From Chiloscyllium plagiosum (Eukaryota): DNA of 64,000 nucleotides. The notes beneath the pieces were generated by a model. The model was not told the DNA's origin and did no database searches. It worked only from the letters and a program-made list of their open reading frames with translations. The stretch spans positions 74,526,043 through 74,590,042 of the forward strand of contig NC_057719.1 in the NCBI RefSeq assembly GCF_004010195.1, written 5' to 3'. The position numbers and the translations under genes were made by a program. Shown in pieces: positions 26,861 through 38,719 of the stretch. Within the stretch, counting starts at the first letter, position 1. Every line of letters starts with the position of its first letter.

Positions 26861-27063
26861 GTGCCGGCGGACGGTTTCTATGGAAACCGGATGCCAAAAT
26901 GTCCAGCTGTGTACTACCATCCTCAAAGTTGCTTTCAACCAGGAAGATATTTCTGCGCTTTACTTATTTCCACTCATTTTCTTGTTGTTCCAATTTTTTG
27001 AAGCATTGATTCTTGTAGTGATCTATCGAAGTTACGAAAGAATAAAAAAATCGAAGGAACACA
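26861..27063 (+). CDS. SLC10A1: NTCP exon 4
   Basis: acceptor CAACAG|; (R)CRRTVSMETGCQNVQLCTTILKVAF...FPLIFLLFQ...; donor A|GTGAGT at 27064 (second GT at 27068). Confidence 0.93.
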
Positions 27064-28788
27064 GTGAGTAACCAAATTTCTTACATAGAATCAACCAATT
27101 CTTTGAAAGGGTCAGCCAAAGTATCCCATTCCTGCCTCTTCCATGTAGTCCTGCATTATTTAGTTGCTTATCCAATTTCCTTTGAATATTACAATTGAAT
27201 CTAATTCCCCCATAGTTTCAGGTGATGCACTTCAGTATCTGAGCTGATGTCTATGGGTCTGAGAGTGAGTTTTCATCTTCCATTTTCCATCTTCATTACT
27301 GCCTTCCTGTTGTTCCAACCTCTTTCTGTTCCACCACTGTCTGACCAGACTGCAGTCCTTAGGTATCTGAACTGAGAAAGGCACATGATAGGTTTATAAT
27401 GAAGGGGTGCAATAGTGACAAGAAGTGTCTGAAAAATGTAAATCAGAAAGGATTGTGGTTTGAGAAGAAAGTAGGATTTGAAAAGAAAAGAATTGTATGT
27501 GAACAGACCTTGACTCTTTAGTGTTTTCAACATTGCTACTGGTTACACCTTCAGCAATTGCTGTTCTGATTATGGTAATCATGTTTGTCCCCTGCTGTTT
27601 AGCTTTCTCTGTTTACGCTTCATGTTGTCCTATGTCTTGAAAGAGAAGGAGAAGTGTATTAGTAGTATAATGTGTTTTGGTTGTTATGGTTGATTAGCTG
27701 ACAGTCTGTGCAAGCTGAGAAATATGGGTGTGAGCCTTGCAGCAGTGCTAATGGTGTGTGTGAGGTTGGAACATTGACTTTGAGCTGTGATTGATAGAGA
27801 TGTTTGAGAAGAGTCTGACAGAGAGTGGCACAGTGAGCAGCGTGTGATTTGAGTGGGGAAATTCTTAGAATATAGCATTTGAAGATGCATTCACTCTTGT
27901 TGACAAATGATGTGGGATTACTGTATTTTTCTGATGGGCAGTCTGGAGGCTAGCAACAAGAGGATGAAGAAAAGGAGGGATGAAGTCACCATGTGGGCAT
28001 CTGATGTATAGTCCACAAGGTTTGTGTGTTATTCTTTAAAGAGAATTAATTCCTGATTCTGTATTCTGGATACATCTCAGACTCTGCATGAAAAGGATTT
28101 TTTCTGCTACCATCTCTGGATACACAATAACCTAGAAATCATCGGCACTCCTACTTAGACAAGATTCAGGAAGCATGAGATTGGATGGTACAAGAAAGAT
28201 AGAGTATAGGTCTCCTTTTAGGGAAATGCAGTGATAGGATTTTGAACACTGCATTATCGTGGGCTTCACAAAATCAACTGTCACCATTTTATTATGCACT
28301 ACATGCTTTGTAGGGGAGTGTCCTGGAAAGAAGATAAAGGCAGATCATTGAGCTTCAACAGCAGATACATGCTACCCCTCCTTTGGTAACAGACACCTTT
28401 TCTGTTGGAGTGACACAAACACATCCATTACTGAAAGTAATTCTTGGTCACAAATTAACAATCAAATCCTATGGCTGTCCATTGTATCACTGCATATTAA
28501 ACTCTTCCTCATCCTGCTGACTTGAAACAATCTGCATGACAAGATGAGTGAAGCCTACAATTATTTGCAGTTACATTTAATCCGTCCATCCTGGAATGCC
28601 TGAAGTGGAAGTCCAATCTGTTAGTTGCAATCATCACTATATTGGAGAGAGGTTTGGGCATGGCAGCATCTCTCTAGATATCCAACAAGGTAACACTTGT
28701 TCAATGCTGCTCTAAATAATTCCTTCATGCATAACAACAGTGATAACCAGGTTACGGACAATTCCTGGGATGACAGGACTGAAGAACT

Positions 28789-29110
28789 ATAGAACCCCGA
28801 CAATGTGAAAACAGGCCATTCAGCCCAACGAGTCCACACCGACCCTCCAAAGACCATCCTAATCAGCCCCATCCCGCCATCCTTGTAACCCTGCATTTTC
28901 CATTGCTAACTCACCTAACCTGCACATCCCTGGACACTATGGGCAATTTAGCTTGGCCAATCCACCTAACCTGCACATCTTTGGACAGTGGGAGGAAACC
29001 GGAGCACCCGGAGGAAACCCATGCAGGCACGGGGAGAACATGCAAACTCCACACAGTTACCCAAGGCTGGAATCAAACCCGGGTCCCTGGTACTATGAGG
29101 CAGCAGTGCT
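28789..29110 (-). mobile_element. tRNA-derived SINE (HE1-like)
   Basis: Same core as other copies (GGGAGGAAACCGGAGCACCCGGAGGAAACCC on +). Confidence 0.85.
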
Positions 29111-29139
29111 TTATTGACGTATGAATACAAGCTGGTTCA

Positions 29140-29755
29140 GTTAGGCCTATACTCAGTGGACATTAGAAGAATGAATAGAATAGAATAGAAATTTATTGTA
29201 ACTTGTATTTTTACAAAAAAAATACCGTGTAAAGTGTATAAGTTGCCATACTCTGGCACCATTTTAATAATAAATCATATATATATATTTAAGAAAAAGG
29301 TAAAAGGGAATCTCATAGAAGCCTCAGACATTCTAATGGAACTAGACAGAGCAAATGCAGGACCATGGAGACCAGGACCAGAAGTCACAATCTAAGGATA
29401 TAGGGTAGGACATTTATAACTGAGATAGTGAGAGGGGAAAGATATAAAAGAGACCTAAGGGGCAACCTTTTCACACAGAGGGTGGTACGTATATGGAATG
29501 AGCTGCCAGAAGAAGTGGTGGAAGCTGGTACAATTGCAACATTAAAAAGGCATTTGGATGGGTATATGAATAGAAAGGGTTTGGAGGGATATGGATCGGG
29601 TGCTGGCAAGTGGGACTAGATTGGGTTGGGATATCTGGTCAGTATGGACGGGTTGGACCGAAGGGTCTGTTTCCATGCTGTACACCTTTATGATTCTATG
29701 ACTCTATGGCTGAATAGCCTACTCCTGCTCCTAATTTCTATGTTGCTATGGTTCT
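29140..29755 (+). mobile_element. Nested CR1 3' fragments, interrupted at about 29170-29275 by a minus-strand LINE-like tail
   Basis: RGERYKRDLRGNLFTQRVVRIWNELP; (GAATA)n plus TTTATT segment shared with 51435-51520. Confidence 0.75.
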
Positions 29756-30623
29756 GAGAATGCAGCTGATTTTCTCCAACACATATTTATTGACAGGCTT
29801 GTGAGATCTCATCAAGCTCCTTTTCCTTCCTTAAATTTGCCTCTGAATGTAGGTTGGTTCATACAGCAGAGAAGTGCAGACTGGTCAGAAATCTCCTGTT
29901 CTTTGCTGTCACCTCTCACTGCTCCTCCTCATTGAGAGAGGTCTATCTCTGGCTGTCCCTTCTTCAAACTCACTATCTTAAATCCATGGGTGGCCGGACT
30001 TACTGTGGCTTCATTGGTCCGGTGCTGTTTTTTTGCACAGTTCCAAAGCATCCCTTTATCTTCTGTCTTAATATCGGGTATAATCCAAAGCAAGAGCGAA
30101 ATAAATTGGCAAGCTTGCAATGCTGTCAAAGTGAAGGTAGATTGCAAGATTCTCCAGCTCTTTGTTCTGAACTTGGAATGATGTTTGAATAGGGAAGAGG
30201 AATCATACTAATAAATTGAGTTTACCTACTGTGTGTTCACACCATTTCCGGTCCACACCCTCCATAGATTCACAACCAAAAAGGGTCAGGTCCATGTAAT
30301 AGTTTATTAATTTAGTACAAATTAGTTTGATGTCGCTGTTCTCTCAATTCTCTTGGTCCTCCCTCTTATGGCCAATAGTCACATGGAACCAAAATCAATT
30401 TTTGAGGACAGTAGAAATTGCCAAAGCATTCCAAATATTAAATGCCATCCTCCCCACCTCCTGAGCCCTACCTCAATGTCTCGTGTACCTATTTGCCAGT
30501 GTGAGCACACTGCAAGGTATAATGCAACCTGTTTGTGCTGCTGGTGGTGGTACTCCTGGACAGAACTGCTTTGAACTGTTAAAGTGTCACATTTGGGTTG
30601 TGCATCGATTTTAATGCATTATA

Positions 30624-30844
30624 CAGGTCTTTCTGCTATAATGCGAGTTTCGTCAACACAAATTCACTGTGACACGATTGACAAATTGGGGAATTCTGTT
30701 TCTAAAGTGGGAACTTTTAAAATGTGATTTGGCTGTAATGCGATTGCATCGCCAACACTTTAAGGGCTGTTTCTGAAACACAATTTCTCTATAATGGAGG
30801 GTTGCACCAAGAACATGACCATCGCTTTATAGAAGAACTGACTG
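30624..30844. mobile_element. Non-autonomous Tc1/mariner (pogo/Tigger-like) MITE
   Basis: TA|CAGGTCTTTCTGCTATAA ... TTATAGAAGAACTGACTG|TA: imperfect TIRs starting CAG, flanked by TA. Confidence 0.65.
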
Positions 30845-31239
30845 TATGTAGAAATAGTAAGACATTCTTTCTCTCACTGTTTCCTTGGTAGCAATCATAC
30901 ATTTATACTTGCGTCACACCTTCCTGATCATGCCTTCCAGTAATATTTCCCAATCCATAATAGTCAACTAGAACGAGTAGGGTCATGTCATATGGGCCAT
31001 CAGAGGAAACAGCTTGCCTGATGTCTCTATCGGGACAGAGCAGACAGCACCCATACCTGTTGGCATTTACATGGATAAAGCCTACTTGCACGACCTGAGG
31101 GAGGACTATATGCTGGCAGAAAATAGCATTGGAAACTAATGGCAGTAGGAGAATACTGCAAGTTGAAATGAAACATGAAACACAATCCTGAAAGCATGTA
31201 ATTATGCAAATACATCAGCAGATGATTGGCATTGTGACA

Positions 31240-31435
31240 GGAAATGAACTGCCAGAGGAAGTGATAGAGGTGTGTGCAATCACAATGTTTAAAGGACATT
31301 TGGACAGGTACATGAATAGGAAAGGTTTAGAGGAATATGGGCCAAATGCAGGCAAATGGGACTAGTTCAGTTTGGAAAACCTGGTCGGCATGGTCAAGTT
31401 GGGTCAAAGGGTCTGTTTCCTTACTACATAACTCA
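31240..31435 (+). mobile_element. CR1 3' UTR fragment
   Basis: AATGAACTGCCAGAGGAAGTG...AAGGGTCTGTTTCC shared with other CR1 3' ends. Confidence 0.8.
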
Positions 31436-31583
31436 ATATTAATTTTTAAAGATTAATTAATTTTTCAGATGCCAAATTAGCAAGATAATTAAATGTGTTG
31501 AAGTGCTAACCTAGTCCTGAACATATAGTCAAATATCTTTACCTCAATAAAGATGCTGAAGAATAACCTGTGTATTTTTTTAG

Positions 31584-31641
31584 GTGTCAAATAATTTACA
31601 TGCCTGTAGAGAACAACAATGGAACAAGGTACACTTGCTGA
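31584..31641 (+). CDS. SLC10A1: Putative NTCP terminal exon 5 (reading frame ambiguous)
   Basis: TATTTTTTTAG| acceptor; one frame gives CQIIYMPVENNNGTRYTC*, resembling the mammalian tail (KMIY...NGTY...C); the canonical phase-1 join gives SVK* at 31592-31594. Confidence 0.5.
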
Positions 31642-32269
31642 AGTTGTGAAACCTTGTGACCGTGGTGACCTTCAAAAGCAGTAAAATGGAGTCTTCCCTG
31701 CACGGACTCGTAGAAAACAGTGGAAAGTTCATAAGATAATTACAACTTTTTTATTGCAAATACTTCGTGTTTTTGGCATCATATAACAAGGTCTTGATTT
31801 CAAACTGACCAGCAAGTAAATTTAGGAAAATAACACACTCAATCCAAGTATACTGCAGACCTTTAGTGTTTGGATATATTTTATGTTGTTAAATGACAGC
31901 AGTTTCCTGTGTTTTTCTATTGATTTAGGGGTCAGGTAGACACAATAATTGCTCACCTATCTCAGAAAACTGTTGATTTAAACTCCATTCCACTGATGAA
32001 CAGATAAGAATAGCTGATACTCCAGAGTGAGAAAGGAACACCAGCCTTTCTGGTGTTAAAATGAGGCCTTGTCTATTTTATCATCTCAGCATAAAAGATC
32101 CCCTGGACACTACTTGGAGAAGAGTTGGCAGCTATTCTGGTATCTTGCTCATCTATCATCAGTTGAGAACATTGATCAAAACTTCTTTCAAGCCATGTCT
32201 CAAATTAAACAGCGTAAAGTTACATCTCAAGGTTACGTATAGCAGAGTGAATGCCACAGAATCAAACAA

Positions 32270-33850
32270 TCATAAAGTTTGACAGCAGGGATAGAGGCTC
32301 TTTGACCCATCATGCTAATGCTGGTCATTAAGCACCCATTTACCCTAGCTACCTTCCCAGCACTTGGCCCTTGGACTTGTATTCCGACATGTTGCAAGTG
32401 TTTCACTAAATACTTCTTAAATGTGATGAGGGTTTCGGCCTCCACCGCTTTTTAGATAGTGAGTTGCAGGTACTCAACAACAACCTGGGTGCAATAATTT
32501 TTCCTTAAGTCCTTTCTTTGCTATCCTATTTTTTTTTTACATTACCCACCTATGCTTTCTATATTCCTTTCGGGCTTCTGCTGTTTTGCTTTAAGCTTCC
32601 TTTTCTGTTTTTATCCAGGTCTCTACATGCTTCCGCACTTGTTAGTCCCACCCTTCACCTTTACAGGAACATGTTGGCCCTAGGTCCTCATTATTTCCTT
32701 TTTGAGAGACTTCCATTGCTTTGATGTAGATTTTCCTGTAAGTAGCTCCTCCCAGTCCACTTTGGCCATCTCCTGTCCTGTCAATATTTAAATTGGCCAC
32801 CACTCAGTTCAGAACATTTACTTCTGATCCATTTATGTTCTTTTCCACAACTACTTGAAATCTTACTGAATTATGGTCACTATCAATGAAATGCTCCCTC
32901 ACTGTCACATCTATCACTTTCACAGATTTGTTCCTTAATGTTAGGTCCAGCATCACACTCTCTTGTAGGACTTTCTATGTGCTGGTATTAGAAGCTCTTT
33001 AAATATATTTTAAGTATTCTGCCCTATCTAAGCCTTTCACAATTTGTCTGTTCCAATTAGTACTGGGGAAGATGAAATTCCCTATTATTATTACCCTATT
33101 ATTCTTACAATTCTCTGAAATTTACCTCTGTATCTTTCTGTCTATCTCTTTCTGACCACTTACAGGATTTCACTCACAACGATGTGATTGTCCCTTTGTT
33201 TTGTTTTACGTTCCACCCATTTGGCCTAATTTCAGGAACCCTCCAATATATTATTCCTCTTTCAGGAATTGACCCTGATATTGCAACAGCGTCTCTTCTT
33301 TTACACAACCTTGCTTTGCCTAAAGATTATGTTTCTTGGAATATTGAACTGCCACTTCACCCATCCCTCAACCAGATCTCTGATAGCAATGATATATCCC
33401 CTTGTGTCAACTCATTTGCCTTGCTTGCAAGACTCCTTACATTAAAATAAATGCCATTCAACATTGCCATGCTCCTTTATGCTTTAAACTGACAACATAT
33501 GGCCTGTCTTACAAATTGACATAGTTTTACTCCTACATTTGCCTCTGCAACATCTTTCACTCTATATTCCCACCTCTAGCCAAATTTACACATCCACCAG
33601 CAACGACAAGTGAATTCCATAAATTTGTTGATCTTGTTCTGGTTCAGGTACAACCCATGTGACTTGTTCAGGCCCCACCTTTCCCAGGAACAGACTTAAT
33701 GGTTCAGGAGTCTAAAGTTCTCCCTCCTGGACCAACTCTTCATCTGCTCGATCCAGCTATTCCTATACTTGCTAGCATGTGGCACAGGGAGTCATTCAAA
33801 AATCACAACCCTTGAGATCCTGTTTGTCAATCTACTACCTAGCTCTCTGC
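32270..33850 (-). mobile_element. Old, heavily decayed CR1 LINE
   Basis: Recognisably similar to 8500-9500 (AATTATGGTCAC, ACCCTATTATTCTTACA) plus a CR1 3' end near 32270. Confidence 0.7.
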
Positions 33851-34007
33851 AAAAGTGGTCATCTGGGTTGACTGGATCATCTAAGCCTCCCCAGATACTA
33901 CAGGGACTTGGCCCCCCTGTCATACTCAACCTTTAAGCTGGTCTTTGCTTTGTGCTTGCATTACTTTGGTCAGCTTTTTCAAGGATTGGGGCTCATGTTA
34001 GGGTTAG

Positions 34008-34105
34008 CGTCTCCTGCTTCTCGGATGCTGTCTAACCTGCTGTGCTTTTCCAGAACCGCACATTCGACTCTGATCTCCAGCATCTGCAGCCCTCACTTTC
34101 TCCTT
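34008..34105 (+). mobile_element. PLE pseudo-LTR terminal fragment
   Basis: CTCGGATGCTG...CTGATCTCCAGCATCTGCAGCCCTCACTTTCTCC shared with 42660-42762. Confidence 0.75.
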
Positions 34106-34494
34106 GACTGTCTCTCTGAGTAGTTTTGCTGCTTCACTCACTGCTCTATGACTCTTGTTGTATTTTAAATTTATTTAGTGCAGCCGAAGGAAAATAGAAA
34201 AGCAATGCTTTAATGGTGCGACGATATGTGCAGCACTTCAGATATCTTCTGGAGCTTTCCTCACATGACCAACCACATCCTGCAGTCCTGACTCCACTAG
34301 CAAAAGTGCCAAATGCACATTGCCCCTTCCCAGTGCCAATCAGAAGGTCTTCTTCACCACCAGATCATTACCCTGACTGCCTGAGTGATTGTCAAACCGT
34401 TTTTTCCTCATCACCAGTTTGTTTTTGTGGTGGTAAAGACGACATTTGGGGTGCATTCCTTTATGATTTAGGCAAGGTATGGAAACCAAAAGCC

Positions 34495-35040
34495 TCTATG
34501 TGAGACATGCCACTATGTAACATATTGGTTAGCACACAGCTAGAATTATAGTTTTGGTCACGACATTTCAGGAAGGACATAATTGCTCTAGAGAGCGTAT
34601 GGAGAAGATTTCAAAGGATACTGTCAGGGTTTAAAAATTGCAGCTCTGAGGCTAGGGTTGTCTTTATTAGAATAAAGGAGGCTCGGGGTGACTTAATCAA
34701 GGTGTCCAAAATGGTGAGGAGCTTGGGTAGAGTGAACAGGGAAGACCTGCTTCCTCTACTGGAGAGATCAATTACCAGGAGGCACGGATTCATGGTGAGC
34801 AGTAGAGGAAAGTCCTTTTGGGCCAGAGGCTGGTGGGTATCTGGAATTCATTGCCCAGTTTGTTGAGGCAGATACCCCCAACATGTGTAAAAGGAGCCCT
34901 GGATCTGCAGGTGAAACTCTGTAGCCCACAAGGTTACAGATGAGGAGCTGGAAAGTAGGATTAGAATGGGCAACTAGTATTTTTTTCAGCAGGTGGGCTG
35001 AATGGGCTGTCTCTGTGCTGTACTTTCTAATGTTCTATGG
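34495..35040 (+). mobile_element. Old CR1 3' fragment
   Basis: Decayed RGDLIKV...RTRRHGF; TTCTATG tail. Confidence 0.7.
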
Positions 35041-37142
35041 CTCCAGAGACAAGGAGGTATCCAATTTATTGAACTTGGCATTTCTCCAGAATTGATTCCA
35101 GCAGGACTCTGCGATAAATCTTCAACTCCTGGAGTTTTCAGGGCCATTCACTTTAAATATACCTGCTGCTGCCACATACATAATGGATTGTTGCCAAACC
35201 ACACACTATTGCCAGAAAATCCACTTTGTCCCCCCTTGAAGACACCACTCAGTAGACAACCCTCTGGCTCCCTCATGAAGTTTCAGTGTGAGTGTGAGAT
35301 TTCTATTCAAAGCTCTGAGGCACAGAGTAAAATGTCAATCAGATGGATTTAAAGTTCTTGTCAACAGCTAGAATTATTTTGCACCTGTTATGGAGATGTG
35401 TTATCTGGAATATTGATTTAAAATATCATTGACTGGACACCATTGTAAATCCTAGACATTTTGGAAGGATACTTTGAAAACCAAAGGAGACTGTCTGCAG
35501 CAAGGAAGAACATGGCATTTGCAAAGAACACAAGATGCTCAGCTAGAATTACAGAGTCTACAATACTTTCAGATAAAGATCCAATGGCCCAGTTTGTGGG
35601 TGCAATGTATCTATTGTATTTGAAGATAGAGAGTCACAGCGATAATATACCTGGAGTGATATACCCTTTCCAACTTTTTTTCTCTAAAACCTCTTTCATC
35701 AAAATTTATGAGTTGTAAAGCCCACTGGAAACCCTTATCTCTCTAGGTGGAGCATCCCTTTATGGAGAATTCAAAATCTACACCACTGTCTTCAGAAAAT
35801 TGAAGTGAGCCAGCCATAACTGATCGAGAATAACACTCCAGTGCCAACAGTTCATGTGATAGTTGACTGTGGCCACAGATCGACATTTGGGACAATCTGT
35901 AAATAATTATTTCTTTCTAACTTTAACTATTATTTGGGCAGAAAAAGTATGATAACATTGTAGAGAGGACTTTTTTTACTAATTTATATAATGTGTGTTA
36001 GTTTTTAAGGAGGACGGTAATGTATATTTGCACAGCTTAAACATTTTAGTAATAATTTTCATTTGCATAAGCTTTGCTGCAATAAAGTAGTTCTTCATTT
36101 GTTACTTGAGGAACATGGTTGACCTATATCTGAGCTTTATATGGATATGTATAACATATATGTAAAATGGGCACTATCATATCATTTTTATTTTCAAACT
36201 TTGTTGTGAGCAGTGAAGAAGTAGAACATAGAAACAGATCCATTCAGATGTAACATGGTGCTTTGCTGTAAACACCAGTGCAAGGATTTATTGCTCTATA
36301 GTGTTTTGCAGTTAGGTCTCCAACCCACAAGCCACAGGTGTAAACAAGTAGAAATACTAAATACAGACAATAGCGATTTTGCTTAACTGAATGCAAATGA
36401 TTATCCTGGTATTCTTGACAGCAGCCCCAGGTATGAGCAAATTACATGAATTTTGCACATCTCCAATTGCCCTTGGTATTAATTTGCCTGTTGTGGTGTG
36501 ACAGCAGCAGGTGTTCTGGCCTCCCACTGGGGCACAGAGATGAAAGCACTGCTGCAGGGTCCAGCAGGGACCAAAGTATCTTGAGGCTTTGGGAAGGAGC
36601 AGAGGAGTCTGAGCTTGCATGTGTATGCAGGTAAATACCCTGGAGAGCTTTTCATAAATGAATTAAATGAGATGATGTTCTTTTAAAGCAGCAGTATTTA
36701 CAACGCTGGAAAAAATGTTTGCAAAGAATGCTGGTCAGTCAAGCTGCCCCAACTTTGAAGCCAAGGAAATTGATACTTTGATGCAGGAAATAGAGCAAAA
36801 CCTCTTTGCTCAGCCAGGATAAGTAACACCATTCTCTCTCTGCTACCTTTGACTTCCTCAATTCTGCTGCTGTTCTCATCTCCCACCAAAGCTCACAGTC
36901 TACCACTCTCACGATTGTATGTAATGTCTTCCCTCACTTGCTTTTCCCTCTACATACTCTCCAAATAAGCTCTGCGTGGCCTCTATGCTGCCTACTCAGT
37001 CAGTCACTCACTCAGGACACTTCACCAGCTTTCTCCTATCTGTACTACCCACTTCCATTTCACTCAAACCCTCCCTTTCTCTCAGTCCTGGACATACCAT
37101 TCCCAAATAGTGCTAGAAAGAGCCAAGATGATTAGTGGGGAT

Positions 37143-38719
37143 TGTAATGAGGTCAGCCAGGTGGGCCTTGTAAAATATGAGTTCCTGGTTGGGGCTGTTA
37201 ACCTGATCCAATCAGGGAGCGCTGGCTGACAGATAAGAACATGAGTGCTCCGGGTGTCCTTGGAGAAGGAGCACGCGGGGTCCACCAACACCCTGGAGTT
37301 GTTCAGGGAGAGGTGGGCACCGCAGGGAGTGGAGTGCATCATTTCTCCCTCCAACTCTATTTTGATTTAGTCCCTCCCCTCCCCTTCACTGTTTTGATCA
37401 CACAGCACTGCCCTTTGATGTGAAGGGCAGTGTTTGTCACTGGCCACCCGGGTGTTTTCCTGTCTTCCTGGTGGTGGAATTTGAATAAAGATTCGTGCAC
37501 TTTGTGTCTTTCACTGTCTCACACCTGCACACACACACCATGGGTGCTGGGGGGAAAAAATAATAAGCACTACCGCACTTAGGTAGTAGTGTGGGGGTTA
37601 ATTAAAAGAAAAAAAAAGAACATGAGTGCTCCGGGTGCCCTTGGAGAAGGAGCACGCGGGGTCCACCAACACCCTGGAGTTGTTCAGGGAGAGGTGGGCG
37701 CCGCAGGGAGTGGAGTGCATAATTTCTCCCTCCAACTCTATTTTGATTTAGTCCCTACCCTCCCCTTCACTGTTTTGATCACACAGCACTGCCCTTTGAT
37801 GTGAAGGGCAGTGTTTGTCACTGGCCACCCGGGTGTTTTCCTATGTTCCTGGTGGTGGAAATTGAATAAAAATTCGTGCACTTTGTGTCTTTCACTGTGT
37901 CTCACACCTGCACACACGCACACACACACCATGGGTGCTGGGGAAAAAATAAGTACTACCACAGTTAGGCGGTAGTGTGGGGGTTTAAAAAAAAAGGGAG
38001 TGTCTCCTTTAAAAATAAAAAAAAACACAAGTAAAACCAGTGGAGTGTATTATTTCCCCCTCCAAGTCTATTTTTTTTAATAGATATTTTTATTAGAGAT
38101 TTAACATTTTTACAAGTTTACAAAAATAAACAAAACTCTCAAATATAAACATTGATATACAATTAAATCAAATATACAATTGCCAAAATTTAACAAAAGA
38201 AAAAATACCGAAAAAGAAAAAAGAACTCAACTGTCTACTAATCTAACCTACAACTAACCAGAGTGTATATTTAAGTCTCTTAAAGAAAAAGAACATGAGT
38301 GCTGCCACTCAGGTGTTTCCTTTCTTCCTGGTGGTGGAAATTTAAATAACGATTCGTGCACCTTGTGTCTCTCACTGTGTCTCACACCTGCACACACATA
38401 CCATGGTGCTGGGGAAAAATAAGCACTACCGCAGTTAGGTGGTAGTATGGGGGTAAAAAGGGGAAAAAAAAAGAAAAAACATGAAAAAAAACAAAAAGAT
38501 AAATAAACAGGAGTGTCAGAGGTTCTGTTCACTCTGAGAGCTGGCTCTGAGGGAGCTGGGGCAGTGTCAATTACTGTTAAAAAAAGAAAAAAAAAGAACA
38601 TGAGTGCCAGACATCCTGTTCACTTTGAGAGCTGGCTTTGAGGAAGCTGGATCAGTGTCAATGACTGTACATAAAAGGTGACTTGGTGAAGGGATACCGG
38701 CCTCTGCGGAGTTATTTCA
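37143..38719 (+). mobile_element. Solo-LTR-like element (about 218 bp: 37143-37248 plus 38608-38719) split by stacked insertions
   Basis: TG...CA termini, CCAAT at 37208, TATA-like GATAAGAA, polyA-like CATAAAA near 38670; halves join through the duplicated 14-mer AAGAACATGAGTGC; no flanking TSD seen. Confidence 0.6.
37249..38593 (+). mobile_element. Tandem stack of 5'-truncated Tx1-like non-LTR retrotransposon ends (37249-37615, 37630-~37995, 38303-~38495) plus a minus-strand LINE tail at about 38070-38280
   Basis: RVSLEKEHAGSTNTLELFRERWAPQGVECIISPSNSILI* (Tx1-like ORF2 end), 3' UTR stem-loops, A tails; each unit bounded by AAGAACATGAGTGC. Confidence 0.75.

Noticed and set aside
28314..28351. 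Alternative NTCP last exon (RECPGKKIKADH*)
   Set aside because: Weaker pyrimidine tract and no similarity to known NTCP tails; kept only as an alternative.
33997..34007. GTTAGGGTTAG telomere-like motif next to a PLE fragment
   Set aside because: Under two repeat units; compatible with chance.
37235..38607. Four identical 14-mers suggesting a CRISPR-like array
   Set aside because: Eukaryotic DNA; the spacers are 290-660 bp retroelement ends with A tails, so the repeats are TSDs.
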